DNA from: a virus
Lineage: Duplodnaviria; Heunggongvirae; Uroviricota; Caudoviricetes
Strand: one strand, 5' to 3'
IMG/VR virus record: IMGVR_UViG_3300025327_000015
DNA length: 64,000 bases
Numbering within the stretch: position 1 is the stretch's first letter; each line of letters begins with the position of its first letter. Under the pieces are notes generated by a model that was given only the letters and a program-made list of their open reading frames with translations, did no database searches and was not told the origin of the DNA. Made by a program: the position numbers and the translations under genes. Positions 61,842 to 64,000 of the stretch are shown here, in pieces.

Positions 61842-61898
61842 AGGCGTTCCCGGTTCTCAAACCTTTGAGAACCGTCCTGCGAATAGGAGAATCCTAAA

Positions 61899-62234
61899 GT
61901 GGCTACCAGAACTCCTGGGCCACTTATCGGAGCGCGTATTGCAGCGGACGTGCTCTCGAATGGATACCTCGTCTCTACCATCCTTCGCTCGCCCGAGATG
62001 CGAGATGTGGATGGATTGGTCGGTGCATTGGTCGGTGCATTTTCGTCTCTCTTAGGAGAAGAAGATGAAGAGCGTGCTGATCTTCTGACTCCGGGTGACT
62101 ACGAAACGATGGTCTTTCGATGCTCGGAGGAAGGTGAAGTCGAAAGCTGGACCGAACTCGATTTCCGGCGTTATGTCACAAAGGACGAGGCTCTCGCCGG
62201 ACACGAGGAAATCGTCGGTAAGTGGCTCGACTAA
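61899..62234 (+). CDS. small early protein (GTG start)
   Basis: RBS TAGGAGAA; follows operator palindrome. Confidence 0.3.
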   Translation: MATRTPGPLIGARIAADVLSNGYLVSTILRSPEMRDVDGLVGALVGAFSSLLGEEDEERADLLTPGDYETMVFRCSEEGEVESWTELDFRRYVTKDEALAGHEEIVGKWLD

Positions 62235-62332
62235 GAACGCTGCGACTCCTTCCGCAATAGGCGGTCGGGGTCGGAGCGTTTCAGCTCCTCGGAACTCACT
62301 GTGAGTTCTGTCCTGCGAGTAGGAGGTCTTTC

Positions 62333-62608
62333 ATGGCTTCCCTATCTCGGCGTGTGTTCTCGGATGAAGATTGGCAAGAGATGGCGGAAACGTGTGTTGT
62401 CATCGGAGACGTAGCCACTCTCGCACTCGGAGAATCCACACTCGCCGATGAAGCGCAGCGCTACCTCGCGGCAATCGAGACTTTCCGCGCAGAATGTAGC
62501 GATCTTCGCTGGCTCCCAGAGTGGGAGCTGCCGAAAGTGCCGCATTGTGAGAACTGCGGAGAACCGACCGAATGGCCGCAGCGGTATTGCGACCGTTGCC
62601 AGACATAG
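62333..62608 (+). CDS. small protein with C-terminal Cys4 zinc ribbon
   Basis: HCENCGEPTEWPQRYCDRCQT. Confidence 0.35.
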   Translation: MASLSRRVFSDEDWQEMAETCVVIGDVATLALGESTLADEAQRYLAAIETFRAECSDLRWLPEWELPKVPHCENCGEPTEWPQRYCDRCQT

Positions 62609-62843
62609 CCCTGCGGGTTCCGTCGCTACCGCGCGGCGGTTCCCGGAGCGCTTGACAGAATCCGTAGCGAGTCTGTCATGCTGGTCCAAGAGTCGAGATT
62701 GCGTGAGCTGCGCTTTTTAACCGAAAGCATTAGTAGTGCCTCGGGTGGACAAGCCCGGCGAAGTAGGAGAAGCGCAGCTCACGGAGTCTCTGACTCCCGA
62801 TTCTCAATCATTTGAGAATCGCCTTTCTAGAAAGGAGTCCGTT

Positions 62844-63056
62844 ATGGCCGCTCGCAAGAGCGCATCCAAGAACGGCGCCGTATCCGTCTCGATGGAGATG
62901 GATCGGGACACGAAGAACACGATCCGCTTCGCCGAGGTCGTGAACGGACCGCTCGACGTTCCGCAGATCGGTGTTCTCTACGTCCCGAAGGCAACGCTTG
63001 CGGCGATGGGGTTCGAGGACGGTCACAGCCTCCTCGTCTCGATCGCACTCGCCTAG
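62844..63056 (+). CDS. small early protein
   Basis: ATG 62844, AAAGGAG RBS after operator palindrome. Confidence 0.35.
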   Translation: MAARKSASKNGAVSVSMEMDRDTKNTIRFAEVVNGPLDVPQIGVLYVPKATLAAMGFEDGHSLLVSIALA

Positions 63057-63123
63057 CGGTGCGGGTAGGGCCGGTTCTCCGGCCCCTCCCGGAGCGCTAA
63101 AGCGTTCCAGAAAGGAGGTCAAA

Positions 63124-63366
63124 ATGGCTGAGGCCATTACGATCCTCGATCTTGTTGTGCATCGGCTTGGTCGTCCTGCCATTACAGGACAGGACTTCGA
63201 AGATGCGGGACTTGCGATTCTCGGAGGGTGTGAAGGCTGTGGAGCGTCACTCGCTGCCTATAACGCTTATCCATCTAAGTCGGGGTTCTGGCGCTGTGGT
63301 GACTGTCTCTGCGATTCGGGCTGGGAGTCTGTCGAAGAAGCCGATCACGCAATCTTCGGCATGTAG
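63124..63366 (+). CDS. small Cys-rich protein
   Basis: AAAGGAGG RBS; GGCEGCGASL...WRCGDCLC. Confidence 0.35.
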   Translation: MAEAITILDLVVHRLGRPAITGQDFEDAGLAILGGCEGCGASLAAYNAYPSKSGFWRCGDCLCDSGWESVEEADHAIFGM

Positions 63367-63436
63367 CTCTGCGGGTCATCTACCGCCAGCGGTAGTTGGC
63401 CCGGAGCGCTACCCAGTCGCTCCAGAAGGGAGAATC

Positions 63437-63691
63437 ATGTACCTGCTGATTGCTCTCGGCATCCTTGCGTGCGGGCTCGTTACGCTCGTGCTCATGGGCA
63501 TCGTGCTCTGGCAGGAATCCCATCACAAGGATTCCGAGGAGACGGTTCTTTACTCCGAAGATTACGGAGTCGTCAGAGGCGTCGATCCGTCTTGGATCAA
63601 TCCCAAACATCTAAATGATTTCTTCGAGACGCGAACGGTTCCTCGTAAGCATCCAGCTCGCCGAACTCGGCGTTCTCGGGCACTTCATTAG
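63437..63691 (+). CDS. small membrane protein
   Basis: MYLLIALGILACGLVTLVLMGIVLW TM helix. Confidence 0.35.
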   Translation: MYLLIALGILACGLVTLVLMGIVLWQESHHKDSEETVLYSEDYGVVRGVDPSWINPKHLNDFFETRTVPRKHPARRTRRSRALH

Positions 63692-64000
63692 CTTTGAGGG
63701 TTTCACCGTGAAAATACGGTGATTCCCTGAGAGCTACCCGGCTCTCTGGAAAGGAGGTCCATCCAAATGGACGAACCAGCCTTTTCTGAGATTTCCGTCC
63801 AACGCGGAAATCTGGAAGCGATCTGGGAATACATCGGCGAGGGCTGGTCAGGGGAGTTTGATCCTGACGATCCTGACGATGTGCCGCTTCTTCGGTTCAC
63901 TGTCTATCAGGACGGTGAACAGATGGAGGACATGAGCTACTGCACCCAGATGCCAGTCAGTACGGACGAGGGCATCCTTCGGCGTGCGCTCGAACTCATC

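Overview
The window reads as a tailed-phage or prophage genome segment of about 64 kb, and most genes sit on the minus strand.

**Gene modules, in window order**
- 1-7.4 kb: methyltransferase and glycosyltransferase genes, then tail-fibre-like genes, including a collagen-like Gly-X-Y protein.
- 7.4-14.1 kb: a classic siphovirus tail block: a 1320-aa tape-measure protein, G/GT chaperones with a -1 frameshift, and a freestanding HNH endonuclease.
- 14.8-24.9 kb: a second set of fibre, collagen-like and secreted proteins, then capsid genes, including a capsid protein with an acidic scaffold-like N-terminus.
- 25.0-31.4 kb: an RNA-centred island. It holds a confidently identified Ro60/Rsr ortholog (TROVE plus von Willebrand A (vWA) domains), tRNA-like modules with permuted order that look like Y RNAs, a small KxDG ligase with RNA-ligase-type motifs, and Ser, Met and Trp tRNA genes.
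- 31.5-39.2 kb: an SPFH protein, head/portal genes and a lysis pair (amidase plus a membrane protein).
- 39.7-47.0 kb: a glycan-biosynthesis cluster (several GT2 genes, epimerase, AsnB-like, methyltransferase).
- 47.2-49.3 kb: TerL/TerS.
- 49.6-53.1 kb: a DNA methyltransferase, an XRE regulator, a vWA protein, a Cys/Pro/Trp-rich peptide, and a PrfH/RF2-like release-factor homolog that needs an RF2-style +1 frameshift at CTT TGA C.
- 53-59.3 kb: small minus-strand genes, a 7-copy iteron-like array, an ImmA-like protease with a ribbon-helix-helix (RHH) partner, Glu and Asp tRNAs, and about 1.1 kb of repeat-rich noncoding DNA.
- 59.3-64 kb: an early-gene region of small ORFs, each bracketed by a recurring operator-like palindrome and a recurring covarying hairpin element just after the stop codon.

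The most novel signals are the Rsr, Y-RNA-like, ligase and release-factor toolkit, the frameshifted PrfH-like gene, and the families of repeated structured intergenic elements.
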